From: Promethearchaeota archaeon
Lineage (GTDB): Archaea > Asgardarchaeota > Lokiarchaeia > Sigyniarchaeales > SOKP01
Direction: 5' to 3'
Assembly (NCBI GenBank): GCA_048941015.1
Contig: JBHLNZ010000052.1
Coordinates: 1 to 20,232 of the forward strand
Length of the DNA stretch: 20,232 bases
Each line of letters opens with the position of its first letter. Within the stretch, counting starts at the first letter, position 1. The notes beneath the pieces were generated by a model. It worked only from the letters and a program-made list of their open reading frames with translations. It was not told the DNA's origin and did not search any database. Shown piece after piece: positions 1-8,743 of this stretch. Made by a program: the position numbers and the translations under genes.

Positions 1-845
1 CAAGCAGCAACGACTCCAGGAGGATGAGCAGTACTCAACAAATAAGTTCTACTTTTATTCGCACAAAATTCAATCAAATTCTTTGAGCCAGCTACAGTTC
101 CTCCAAAAACTCCAAAACCCTTACTCATTGAACCACCTTCGACATGAACTCTACCTTGTAATTTGAAATGTGCCACTATACCTCTACCTTCGCCGAGTAC
201 ACCCTCTCCATGACAATCATCAACAAAAATCATTGCTCCATAATCTTCAGCAACATCAGCGATTTTGTCCAAGGGTGCCATATCTCCATCCATTGAAAAA
301 ACACCATCTGTAATGATGCAAATTCTTCTCGCCCCTTCTCTTTCTGCTTCTTTTAATTGTTTTTCCATATCTGCTATGTCTCGATGTTTATAGATTATCC
401 TTTTAGCACCAGATAATCGAACACCATCGATAATAGAGCCATGATTCAATTCGTCCGATACAACAATATCAGGTTTTCCAACCAACATAGGAATTAAACC
501 AGAATTAACAGCAAAGCCCGTTTGACATAACAATGATGCTTCTACTTCTTTAAACTTTGCAAATGTATCTTGAAATTTCTTTGTTAAATCAAAGCTCCCT
601 GCAATAACCGGAACTGCTCCAGCTCCAGCCCCATATCTTTTAGTAGCATCAATAGCTGCTTGCACCACTTTTGGATGAGTTGCAAGCCCGAGATAGTTAT
701 TTGTATTGAGCATTAATACTTGTTTACCATCTACAGTTGAATGAGGTTTGGATCCTTCTTCAAGATATCGAATTATCCATTCAAGATTATTATTTCTTAG
801 ATCGGTCATTTCTTCCTTAAGAAAAGCAACAGGATCTCTATTCAT
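1..845 (-). CDS. kbl: 2-amino-3-ketobutyrate CoA ligase (glycine C-acetyltransferase), PLP-dependent alpha-oxoamine synthase family; 3' end runs off the window
   Basis: Not in ORF track. Manual translation from ATG at 845: MNRDPVAFLKEEM...NNYLGLATHP...YGAGAGAV...SDELNHGSIIDG...ITDGVFSMDGDMAPL...VDDCHGEGVLG...GSMSKGFGVFGG (PLP lysine). SD AGGTG at 851-855 (minus). Divergent from tdh, which supports Kbl over BioF. Confidence 0.88.
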   Translation of the reverse strand, partial: MNRDPVAFLKEEMTDLRNNNLEWIIRYLEEGSKPHSTVDGKQVLMLNTNNYLGLATHPKVVQAAIDATKRYGAGAGAVPVIAGSFDLTKKFQDTFAKFKEVEASLLCQTGFAVNSGLIPMLVGKPDIVVSDELNHGSIIDGVRLSGAKRIIYKHRDIADMEKQLKEAEREGARRICIITDGVFSMDGDMAPLDKIADVAEDYGAMIFVDDCHGEGVLGEGRGIVAHFKLQGRVHVEGGSMSKGFGVFGGTVAGSKNLIEFCANKSRTYLLSTAHPPGVVAA

Positions 846-957
846 AAAAACACCTAAATTATTTTGACAAAATTTATATTGTAAAGGTATTTAGAAAAGT
901 ATATTAGTTTTTCTCTATCGCAAATTAATATAAAAATTTAGAATGGAGGTTTAATAA
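846..957. promoter_or_regulatory. Divergent kbl/tdh promoter region with two SD sites
   Basis: 112-bp AT-rich spacer between divergent starts. SD AGGTG (minus, 851-855) and GGAGGT (plus, 945-950). Palindrome ATTTTG-A-CAAAAT at 861-873. Confidence 0.6.
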
Positions 958-1905
958 ATGAGAAGAATTCTTGTAATAGGTGCTGCAGGGCAAATCGGAA
1001 GCGAACTTGTTCCTGCATTAAGAGAAAAATATGGTAATGACAATGTCATAGCAACTGGGAGAAAAACTCCTTTACCAGAAATTATTAAAGAAAATGGACC
1101 GGTTATATATTTAGATGTATTAGATAAAGATGCCTTTTCAAAAGCAATGTATGAATATGAAATCGATACAATTTTCCACATGGCTTCAATTCTATCTGCT
1201 ACTGGTGAGAAAATGCCGAATACAGCATGGGATATTAATATGAATGGTTTAATTAATGTATTAGAAATTGGGAGGAAATATGAAGTGGATAGAATTATTT
1301 GGCCGAGTTCAATTGCTGCTTTTGGGCCTTCGACACCAAGAGACAATACACCGAATGATACTCTCTTACAACCCACAACTATGTATGGGATTACAAAAGT
1401 AGCTGGGGAACTACTAGTTGAATATTATTTTAAAAAATATCGTCTCGATACAAGATCAATGAGATTACCGGGAATAATCAGTAGTGAAACATTACCAGGT
1501 GGCGGGACAACTGATTATGCCGTAGAAATATTTTATGAAGCAATTAAAAATAAACATTATAAATGTTTCCTAAGGGAAGATACAGTATTACCAATGATGT
1601 ATATGTCAGACTGCAATAAAAGTATGATCGATCTTCTTGAAGCTGATGTCTCAAAACTTAAACGACATGTTTATAACATAACAGGAATGAGCTTCTCTGC
1701 TGGAGAGTTAGCTAATGAAATTAAAAAGCATTTACCTGAATTTACAATTGAATATGAGCCAGATTTTAGGCAAGAGATTGCAGATTCCTGGCCAAGATCG
1801 ATTGATGATTCTCTAGCTCGAGAAGAGTGGGGCTGGAATCCCTCTTTTGATCTGGCATCTATGACTAAGAATATGATTGAAATATTAAGTAAAAGAATAA
1901 AATAA
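958..1905 (+). CDS. tdh: L-threonine 3-dehydrogenase, SDR/NAD-dependent epimerase type
   Basis: GAAGQIG Rossmann motif, SSIAAFGP, catalytic YxxxK (MYGITK), the PGGGTTDYAV motif typical of SDR-type TDH, RQEIADSWP; adjacent to kbl. Confidence 0.9.
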   Translation: MRRILVIGAAGQIGSELVPALREKYGNDNVIATGRKTPLPEIIKENGPVIYLDVLDKDAFSKAMYEYEIDTIFHMASILSATGEKMPNTAWDINMNGLINVLEIGRKYEVDRIIWPSSIAAFGPSTPRDNTPNDTLLQPTTMYGITKVAGELLVEYYFKKYRLDTRSMRLPGIISSETLPGGGTTDYAVEIFYEAIKNKHYKCFLREDTVLPMMYMSDCNKSMIDLLEADVSKLKRHVYNITGMSFSAGELANEIKKHLPEFTIEYEPDFRQEIADSWPRSIDDSLAREEWGWNPSFDLASMTKNMIEILSKRIK

Positions 1906-1931
1906 AATTTCCAAACTTTTTCTTTTAAAAG

Positions 1932-4900
1932 CTATTTTTTCTCTTTTAATCCAGCACTATAAGTTGGAATTATGAGTTTCTTTTTGATTAGTGTATCTAA
2001 AGCTTCTAAAACGACATCTTCATTTTTTTCATGAATTGTTTCAATTGGATCTCGTAGATTAAATTCTTTATTTCGTTTAGCTATCGATATTATAACATTA
2101 AACAAGCGTTTTTCCATCTTTTTTAATTCACCTGAATCTACTATCGCACCAATATACTCATTATCTTCATTAATTTTAAATTTCTCGGCATAATGAAGGA
2201 ATAAGAATTGATTCAACATATAGATTATCTCATTTTTTATCAAACTTATCTCTCCTGTAAATCCTGTAAACTTGTCTGCATATTGGGAATTTAAAGCAAT
2301 ACTTAGAAGATATAATTGCTTTTTAAGCCTTTCTGAGCTTTTTTCTCTTAAGAAAATCAAGATTCGAATAGTATCATAATCACATACAAGTAATTGAAAC
2401 ATATTAAAATCTAATTCTATAATATATTTTGAATACGCGGAATTAGTTTTGGTACCATTGTATTTATTGAATTCTTTCTTAATAACAATGTCACTGAAAT
2501 TTGTAATTGCTTGAATAAATCCTGATATAATAATAGAATCATCATCATTTTCAAAAATCCCAATCTCCTGAGTATATATCGGAAGCCCACTACTTTTTTG
2601 AACTAACATTAATGCTTCAATATTTTTGACATCCTTATATACTTGTATTTTATCCAATAATTCTGCTTTCTTTTTTCTTTTCTTTGGTAGTATAACGTAG
2701 CTTCTTAAACTTAAGGTTCCTAATATTCCACTAATTCCAATTAAGCTGATTATGACCAACCATAGCAAAAGATTAGGAGGTTCTATTCGTCGTATTTCAA
2801 TAAAAAAAGAAAATTCTGTAGTTTTATATATACTATCCTCTTTTGAGACTAATATTTTAATCTGATAATTCCCAGTATAACCCCTAGGTAAATCTATAAT
2901 TGATTCATAAATACCATTTTCTTTTTCAGTAAAGAACCCAATATCAAAATCCCAACTATAAGAAACTGTCGCATTTTCAATGGAATTTGGACTTCCTTGT
3001 TCTGTTATGTTCAATTGTATTGTTACTTGTTCACCAGGATTTCCAGATATAATATTTTCAAATCCTACCGTAGTTATACCAAACTCAATCTGACTAACAA
3101 AAATCTTGAATGAAAAAGTGGTTGTGGTGTAATTATTTTTTTCAAATCTTAAATATACATTATTGCGATCAATAGAAAAAAAAGATGAACTAACCACGAT
3201 TGATAAATTGTACCAATTTTCAATGGTTTCTGTAAGCTGCATCTCCTTTTCACCATTCACGAGGGTAAAAATTCCTCCTGATAAAAACTCCTCATCAATT
3301 TCTGCATAAGCTCTGCATGATAGATGAAATTCTTGATTAAAAAAGACTGGGAGTAAATCATTTTCTTGAAAATCTTGGTAATCAATTTGAGCAGTAAGCT
3401 CTATATTTTGTGCTTGTATATTTAATTGAAAAGCAAATATTTTAGTACTATAATTTGTTTGTTCAAATCTTAAGAATATATTATTTATATCGTCATCAAA
3501 ATATGCTCCATCTAAAATTAAAGATGTATTAAAAAAAGTGGAAGGTGCCTCTGTTAGATTCCCCTCATAATTATCACTTATCAAGGTTATGATCCCCCCA
3601 GATAGATAGGTACCCCCGATAACAGTACAAACTCTTGCTGAAATATTGATTTGCTGCTGGAAAAAAGCATCAATCGGTTTAGAATTTTCACTAATTTGAA
3701 CCGAGTTAATAGAAACGGAAATATTCACTTCCCTTTCATTAACTACAACGGCAATACTTGTAAAAGCAGTTTCATAACCAGCTCGTTTGAAAGTAATTAA
3801 AACAGTGTAGTAATCGACAATAAGGCCTGCAGTATCAAGTGTAATATCAAATTGATTTGATATAGGAGCAATAAGGGAAGACCCTTGCCACGAAACACTG
3901 CAATTAGCTCCAGTAATTAATTCATCCGAATTTGCATCCGTATAATTTGCTCTTATCTGAACGATATCATTTTGATATACTGAAACCAAACTAGTATTCA
4001 CATTAGCAATAGTTGGAATGGGATGCACTAAAAGAGTTAGGAATTCATTAGCATCTCCATAACCTGTTTTATTAGCAAAAATCTCTATAGTGTAAGATTC
4101 AAGATATCCTTGAGTAGGTATATCATTTGTAGAGAAATCTAATGTGTAAGTTCCATTTTCGTGATCAGTTACATTATAGGAATTAAACCAATTAGTTGAA
4201 ATGTTAGCAGATAACAATATTTTAGATATTGCTCCTGTAACATTTACACGACACGATACAATGCTATTTGCATCCGTTTCGATAACAGAATGAGACAAAT
4301 CTAAAGCTAACTGCTCCGGAATAATTTTTAGATGAATTAAATTACTAATAGTATGATTTTCATAAAATGACTTGTTTGCGCTAAATGAAAAGTAATAATC
4401 CCCTAATCCTAAAGAACTAGTATCTATTTCAGTGAAATAAATTCCAGAACCGATATAAACCATAGTACCAAATTGGCCAAAAGTAGAACTATAATTTATG
4501 TCTGCAAATTCAATTGTGAAATTTAAATCATAATCTATGAATTTAACCTTAATTAAAAGTGGTTCTCCAGCAATAGCTTCTATGTAAGAATCTATTGCTG
4601 TTAAATTAGTATGATGCCAAACAACAAATTCAAAAGTTTTAAATCCCGCTTTATCATTAAACAGATATGATTGATTATTTATCCATTCTACAATCACTTG
4701 ATATTGTCCAACTGTCATATTATTACCCGCTGTGAAATTTCCAAATATGGGATTATAAGAAGAAACTATTTTTGAATCGTCAAAAAATATCGTACCATTT
4801 GGATACTTTATAGTACAATTAATTGTCGTGTCTAAAAGTGATATTGAGCTATTTAATGTTACATTTATTTGAAACATATCCCCATTAGTGATTTTCGATG

Positions 4901-6293
4901 TTTCTAAGTATGTAGTCCCATTCCAATAAGTCATATTCGCTTGTAACATATAATTTTCACTGTCTGCAACAATTTTCCAAGGTCGTTCGATATTGGAGGG
5001 AGTCATAATTCCTAGTGGAATGGTTGTTTTATTAGATCCAATACCCACATCTAGACAGCTTCCTACTCTATCAATCATATCGCGGTCATAAATATGAATG
5101 ATATCCCAATCGGTTGGTTTAACAATCTCTCCCCAAATCTCACCATATTTATAATTTTGAGAAAAATTAATGTCCGTTTCCCATATAATATTATCTTCAA
5201 ATGTGCAAATACAGCCTTCTACTTCTGAAATAGATGTATTAAAAGATCTTACAACTGAGGAATAAATCGTAATATTGTAAATGAAAAAGTCTAAAACATC
5301 AGATTTATTAGAAAAAATAGTAAATATCACATCATCAGTCGGTTCTCGAGTTCGCTCTACATCTATAACAGTATGTCCTTTACCATAAGAAGAATTAGTA
5401 TAAGTATAATTATCACCGAATTCATTATCAAAAACCTTAACTAAATTTGGTTCATTTGGCATTGTCCACAGATTTAATTTTACATTATCTATACCAAGTA
5501 GCACAAAAGGATTTATAGTAGTTTGAGCTTCTGTATATATACCCACTCTAATTGTGGCATTACTTGATTCTATTTCACCAAAAACAAAAGAATCAAAATT
5601 CATAATTAATTCGACCCAAGTATTGATTATTAAATAACTCTGAAAATCATAAGTGACATTTTTTTCCACACTTCCCATGACAATAGCTAAATAAAGAGAT
5701 ACATTTTCAGGATAATTTAATAATGTAGGTACAAAAAATTGCGTAGAAAGTTTTGATATTAACCCTGTAGTTGGTATTTCTGGAATCGTTACATTTTGTT
5801 CAAAATATCCAAAATCTCCTTCATTTTTAAGTCCATTATCCAACTTAATTTCCATAGATCCTGAAGGATTCCCTTTGGCTGACTGCCAACCTTGATTAAT
5901 ATATTCGGTTGGATTGTTGCTTTTATATAACCATCCCGAAGAATTAATATCAAAACCCCCATTATATACTCTTTGCATATTTTGAGATACCCCTTCAAAT
6001 TCAATATTTACATTTTGTGAAATCCAATCCTCAAAAAGTGTAAAACTAACATTTGTAGGTAAGGAAGATGGAAAAAATGAATTAGTAATAGTGGAGTATT
6101 GATTAATTAATAATGGTTTTCCTTTAACCTCAGATGCAGATGTCCTTAATGAATTGTTTTTATCATTATCTGTGAGATTATTTTTCGCAATAAATAGATT
6201 GCTAGTAAACAATAAATTAAATGTGATTAACAAAATGAAAGAAATTATTATTCTTTTTTCTATTTTTTTCCTATGTTTTCCTACTATTTTCAA
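1932..6293 (-). CDS. Large single-pass cell-surface protein: N-terminal signal/anchor, ~1100-aa beta-rich ectodomain with Ig-like repeats, TM helix, cytoplasmic longin-like domain and winged-helix-like C-terminus
   Basis: TTG start preceded by GGATGAGGT SD. Basic N-terminus plus hydrophobic stretch at aa ~15-35. Many N-x-S/T sequons. TM LLLWLVIISLIGISGILGTLSL followed by PKKRKKK. Cytoplasmic 'ALMLVQKSSGLPIY...IISGFIQAITNFS' motif. Confidence 0.85.
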   Translation of the reverse strand: MKIVGKHRKKIEKRIIISFILLITFNLLFTSNLFIAKNNLTDNDKNNSLRTSASEVKGKPLLINQYSTITNSFFPSSLPTNVSFTLFEDWISQNVNIEFEGVSQNMQRVYNGGFDINSSGWLYKSNNPTEYINQGWQSAKGNPSGSMEIKLDNGLKNEGDFGYFEQNVTIPEIPTTGLISKLSTQFFVPTLLNYPENVSLYLAIVMGSVEKNVTYDFQSYLIINTWVELIMNFDSFVFGEIESSNATIRVGIYTEAQTTINPFVLLGIDNVKLNLWTMPNEPNLVKVFDNEFGDNYTYTNSSYGKGHTVIDVERTREPTDDVIFTIFSNKSDVLDFFIYNITIYSSVVRSFNTSISEVEGCICTFEDNIIWETDINFSQNYKYGEIWGEIVKPTDWDIIHIYDRDMIDRVGSCLDVGIGSNKTTIPLGIMTPSNIERPWKIVADSENYMLQANMTYWNGTTYLETSKITNGDMFQINVTLNSSISLLDTTINCTIKYPNGTIFFDDSKIVSSYNPIFGNFTAGNNMTVGQYQVIVEWINNQSYLFNDKAGFKTFEFVVWHHTNLTAIDSYIEAIAGEPLLIKVKFIDYDLNFTIEFADINYSSTFGQFGTMVYIGSGIYFTEIDTSSLGLGDYYFSFSANKSFYENHTISNLIHLKIIPEQLALDLSHSVIETDANSIVSCRVNVTGAISKILLSANISTNWFNSYNVTDHENGTYTLDFSTNDIPTQGYLESYTIEIFANKTGYGDANEFLTLLVHPIPTIANVNTSLVSVYQNDIVQIRANYTDANSDELITGANCSVSWQGSSLIAPISNQFDITLDTAGLIVDYYTVLITFKRAGYETAFTSIAVVVNEREVNISVSINSVQISENSKPIDAFFQQQINISARVCTVIGGTYLSGGIITLISDNYEGNLTEAPSTFFNTSLILDGAYFDDDINNIFLRFEQTNYSTKIFAFQLNIQAQNIELTAQIDYQDFQENDLLPVFFNQEFHLSCRAYAEIDEEFLSGGIFTLVNGEKEMQLTETIENWYNLSIVVSSSFFSIDRNNVYLRFEKNNYTTTTFSFKIFVSQIEFGITTVGFENIISGNPGEQVTIQLNITEQGSPNSIENATVSYSWDFDIGFFTEKENGIYESIIDLPRGYTGNYQIKILVSKEDSIYKTTEFSFFIEIRRIEPPNLLLWLVIISLIGISGILGTLSLRSYVILPKKRKKKAELLDKIQVYKDVKNIEALMLVQKSSGLPIYTQEIGIFENDDDSIIISGFIQAITNFSDIVIKKEFNKYNGTKTNSAYSKYIIELDFNMFQLLVCDYDTIRILIFLREKSSERLKKQLYLLSIALNSQYADKFTGFTGEISLIKNEIIYMLNQFLFLHYAEKFKINEDNEYIGAIVDSGELKKMEKRLFNVIISIAKRNKEFNLRDPIETIHEKNEDVVLEALDTLIKKKLIIPTYSAGLKEKK

Positions 6294-6428
6294 TATACCT
6301 CATCCTGGTGATTTTAATTTTAAGAATTTATTTTTCAAATTTTCTTGAACAATTTTATCATAAAATCCCTTACTTAATATCTCAATAAAAAATCTAAATT
6401 ATAAATTTAAGTTTATTAAATATAAATT

Positions 6429-6445
6429 TCGCTTTTTTCAAGCGA
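6429..6445. promoter_or_regulatory. Palindrome TCGCTT-N5-AAGCGA, candidate transcription-factor operator
   Basis: Perfect 6-bp arms with TTTTC spacer, flanked by TATAAAT at 6421-6427 and 6446-6452, in the divergent region upstream of the Lrp-family gene. Confidence 0.35.
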
Positions 6446-6640
6446 TATAAATAGAAAGAGATGATTTTAGTCAGAGAATAATGAAATAATCAATAATTAT
6501 CATAATTCTAATTATTCTAAGAATCACCATCTGGAATTAGCGGCTTTTGATTTAATTATTTATAATTTTACTTTTTCTTCATAATCTTCTTTTAAATTGT
6601 TATTGTAAACTTTTAAATTTCAAAATGCTAATAATAATAT

Positions 6641-7582
6641 ATGGATGAAATTGATTTAGCATTATCTTTAATGTTAATGGCAAATTCTCGAGCTTCATAT
6701 AAAGAACTGGCTGACAATTTTAATATGAGTGTCAATTCCATCCATAAACGAGTAAAATCTCTTGTTGAATTAGGTATAATCCAGAAATTTCGTACTACAC
6801 TTGGATTTGCTTATTTCAAACAAATTAATGTTATAATGTATGGAATGTCTAGAGTAATAGATAAAAAAGCTTTAATGGAAAAACTCGGAAGCCATGATTG
6901 TATTTATAATGTTACGCAAGCTAGTGGAAATCTTATTTATATTTATGCTTATATAAGAAGTTTAGCTGAACTAGATACTCTCGTTTCATATGTGAGAGAA
7001 AAAGGTGAAATTGTTTCTCTTACCGTGGGTTTGGAGAAAGGTTCTCCATCAATTTTTTTTAAAGATTTTAAAGAAGTATCTCTATCTCCTCTAGATTATA
7101 AAATAATTTATTCCTTGAAAGATAATTCACGCAAACCTATTTCTGAAATAGCAGAAGAAGTAGGATATTCAACTAAAACAATTAAAAGACATTTGGATAA
7201 CCTAATTGAAAAAAATTTAATTAATTTTACCATCGATTGGTATCCAGATAAAACACCAGAAATTTTATCCATGATAATTGTTAAACGCAAACAATCAATT
7301 AAAACTAATGAAAGTCAGTATATTGATGAATTACGTAAAATATATGGGCAAAAAATTATAATTTCTTGGACTTTTACAAATCTACCTGAGTTAGTATTAA
7401 TCACTGTTTGGACCCAATCAATGAAAGAACTACAAAAAATAGAAATGGATTTAATGGAAGCAGATTTCGATTCTGTAAATGTAACTGTTTTAGTAGAAGG
7501 AAAAATGTTCCCAACCTGGGTAGATCAATATCTTGAAGACAAAATCAAAGAAATTAACTTATCTAAGGACATAAAAAACTAA
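6641..7582 (+). CDS. Lrp/AsnC-family transcriptional regulator with two tandem HTH+RAM units
   Basis: Two AsnC-type HTHs (MDEIDLALSLMLMANSRASYKELAD...IHKRVKSLVELGII and LSPLDYKIIYSLKDNSRKPISEIAEEVG...IKRHLDNLIEKNLI), each followed by a RAM-like beta/alpha domain. Confidence 0.88.
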   Translation: MDEIDLALSLMLMANSRASYKELADNFNMSVNSIHKRVKSLVELGIIQKFRTTLGFAYFKQINVIMYGMSRVIDKKALMEKLGSHDCIYNVTQASGNLIYIYAYIRSLAELDTLVSYVREKGEIVSLTVGLEKGSPSIFFKDFKEVSLSPLDYKIIYSLKDNSRKPISEIAEEVGYSTKTIKRHLDNLIEKNLINFTIDWYPDKTPEILSMIIVKRKQSIKTNESQYIDELRKIYGQKIIISWTFTNLPELVLITVWTQSMKELQKIEMDLMEADFDSVNVTVLVEGKMFPTWVDQYLEDKIKEINLSKDIKN

Positions 7583-7934
7583 TTAATAAACAATAAGAAT
7601 AGTATCATTTTTCACCCAAAAATTATCAAAATGAGAACTATTTTAAGAAAATTCATTTAAATATAAATTATTAAAACCCAAATGAAAAATTTTGGAACTA
7701 TTAAAATAATATGATTTAATAAAAAATCTTATTTTTTATATGTCCAATTTTTCACCAAAGTAGATGATAAATTGCCCATAATCCCATTTATTTTTTTCTC
7801 ATTTCTCATCTAATAGCTTAGCATTAAAAATATAAAACATCTTCTACTTTTAAATCTCAAAAATTGGACTATTAAAATTTTAAATGAAAAAAAAATAATT
7901 TTTAAATAAATAATTAAAGGAAGTGATTTAATAA

Positions 7935-8741
7935 ATGGAAATTAAAGTGAAAGATCAAATAAAATCTGAAGCACCCGAAGATATCTTAGATCCTAACAGT
8001 GATTATGCGATTATTATCCAAAATCTTGTAAAAAAGTTTGATGATATTATCGCTGTTAATGATTTAAACTTAGAGATAAAAACTGGTGAATTATTCAGTC
8101 TTTTAGGTCCTAATGGAGCAGGCAAAACTACAACTATTAATATTCTATCTGGATTATTAAAACCAACAGAGGGAACTGCAATTGTAGCAGGATATGATAT
8201 AAAAAAGGAATTGAATCATATAAAAGAATTGATTGGTGTATGTCCGCAAGAAGCCGCTATTTATAAATTTCTTACTGGAAAAGAAAATCTTGATTTATTT
8301 GGTAATCTACAGGGAATGCCTAAAAAAGAAATAAGAGAGAGAATAGAATTTTTACTCAAGAAATTAGATTTCGAAGATGCTAGTAATAGGAAAGTAAAAG
8401 GATATAGTGGTGGAATGCTACGTAAATTAAATATGTTAATCGCATTAATTCATGATCCAAAAATAGCTTTTCTTGACGAACCAACAGTAGGAATGGATCC
8501 AAGAGCTCGAAGAAATGTATGGGAATTTATTGCTTCTTTGAAAAATCAGAAGAAAACTGTTATCTTAACTACACATTACATGGAAGAAGCTGAAGCTTTA
8601 AGTGATAGAGTTGGAATTATTGATTATGGAGAACTAATCGCACTTGGTACTCCAAAAGAATTAATGCAGAAATATGAAGTAAAGAATCTAGAAGAAGTAT
8701 TTTTAAAAATAACTGGTAGAAGAATCTTGGAGGGAATTTAA
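7935..8741 (+). CDS. ABC transporter ATP-binding protein (DrrA/ABC-2 exporter type)
   Basis: Walker A GPNGAGKTT, Q-loop VCPQ, signature YSGGM, Walker B/D-loop AFLDEPTVGMDP, H-loop LTTHYMEEAE, C-terminal NLEEVFLKITG. Confidence 0.95.
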   Translation: MEIKVKDQIKSEAPEDILDPNSDYAIIIQNLVKKFDDIIAVNDLNLEIKTGELFSLLGPNGAGKTTTINILSGLLKPTEGTAIVAGYDIKKELNHIKELIGVCPQEAAIYKFLTGKENLDLFGNLQGMPKKEIRERIEFLLKKLDFEDASNRKVKGYSGGMLRKLNMLIALIHDPKIAFLDEPTVGMDPRARRNVWEFIASLKNQKKTVILTTHYMEEAEALSDRVGIIDYGELIALGTPKELMQKYEVKNLEEVFLKITGRRILEGI

Positions 8742-8743
8742 AG

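Noticed and set aside
1-845. Annotation as BioF or serine palmitoyltransferase
   Set aside because: Same enzyme family, but adjacency to tdh and the absence of biotin or lipid genes favour Kbl; not fully excluded without a phylogeny.
951-1376. 141-aa minus-strand ORF, plus other short overlapping ORFs (5789-6004, 6154-6348, 7108-7290, 9052-9294, 12631-12876, 13364-13558, 16093-16317, 17353-17553, 18443-18655, 19424-19615, 19730-19936)
   Set aside because: They lie antisense or out of frame within well-supported genes and have no recognisable motifs; treated as shadow ORFs.
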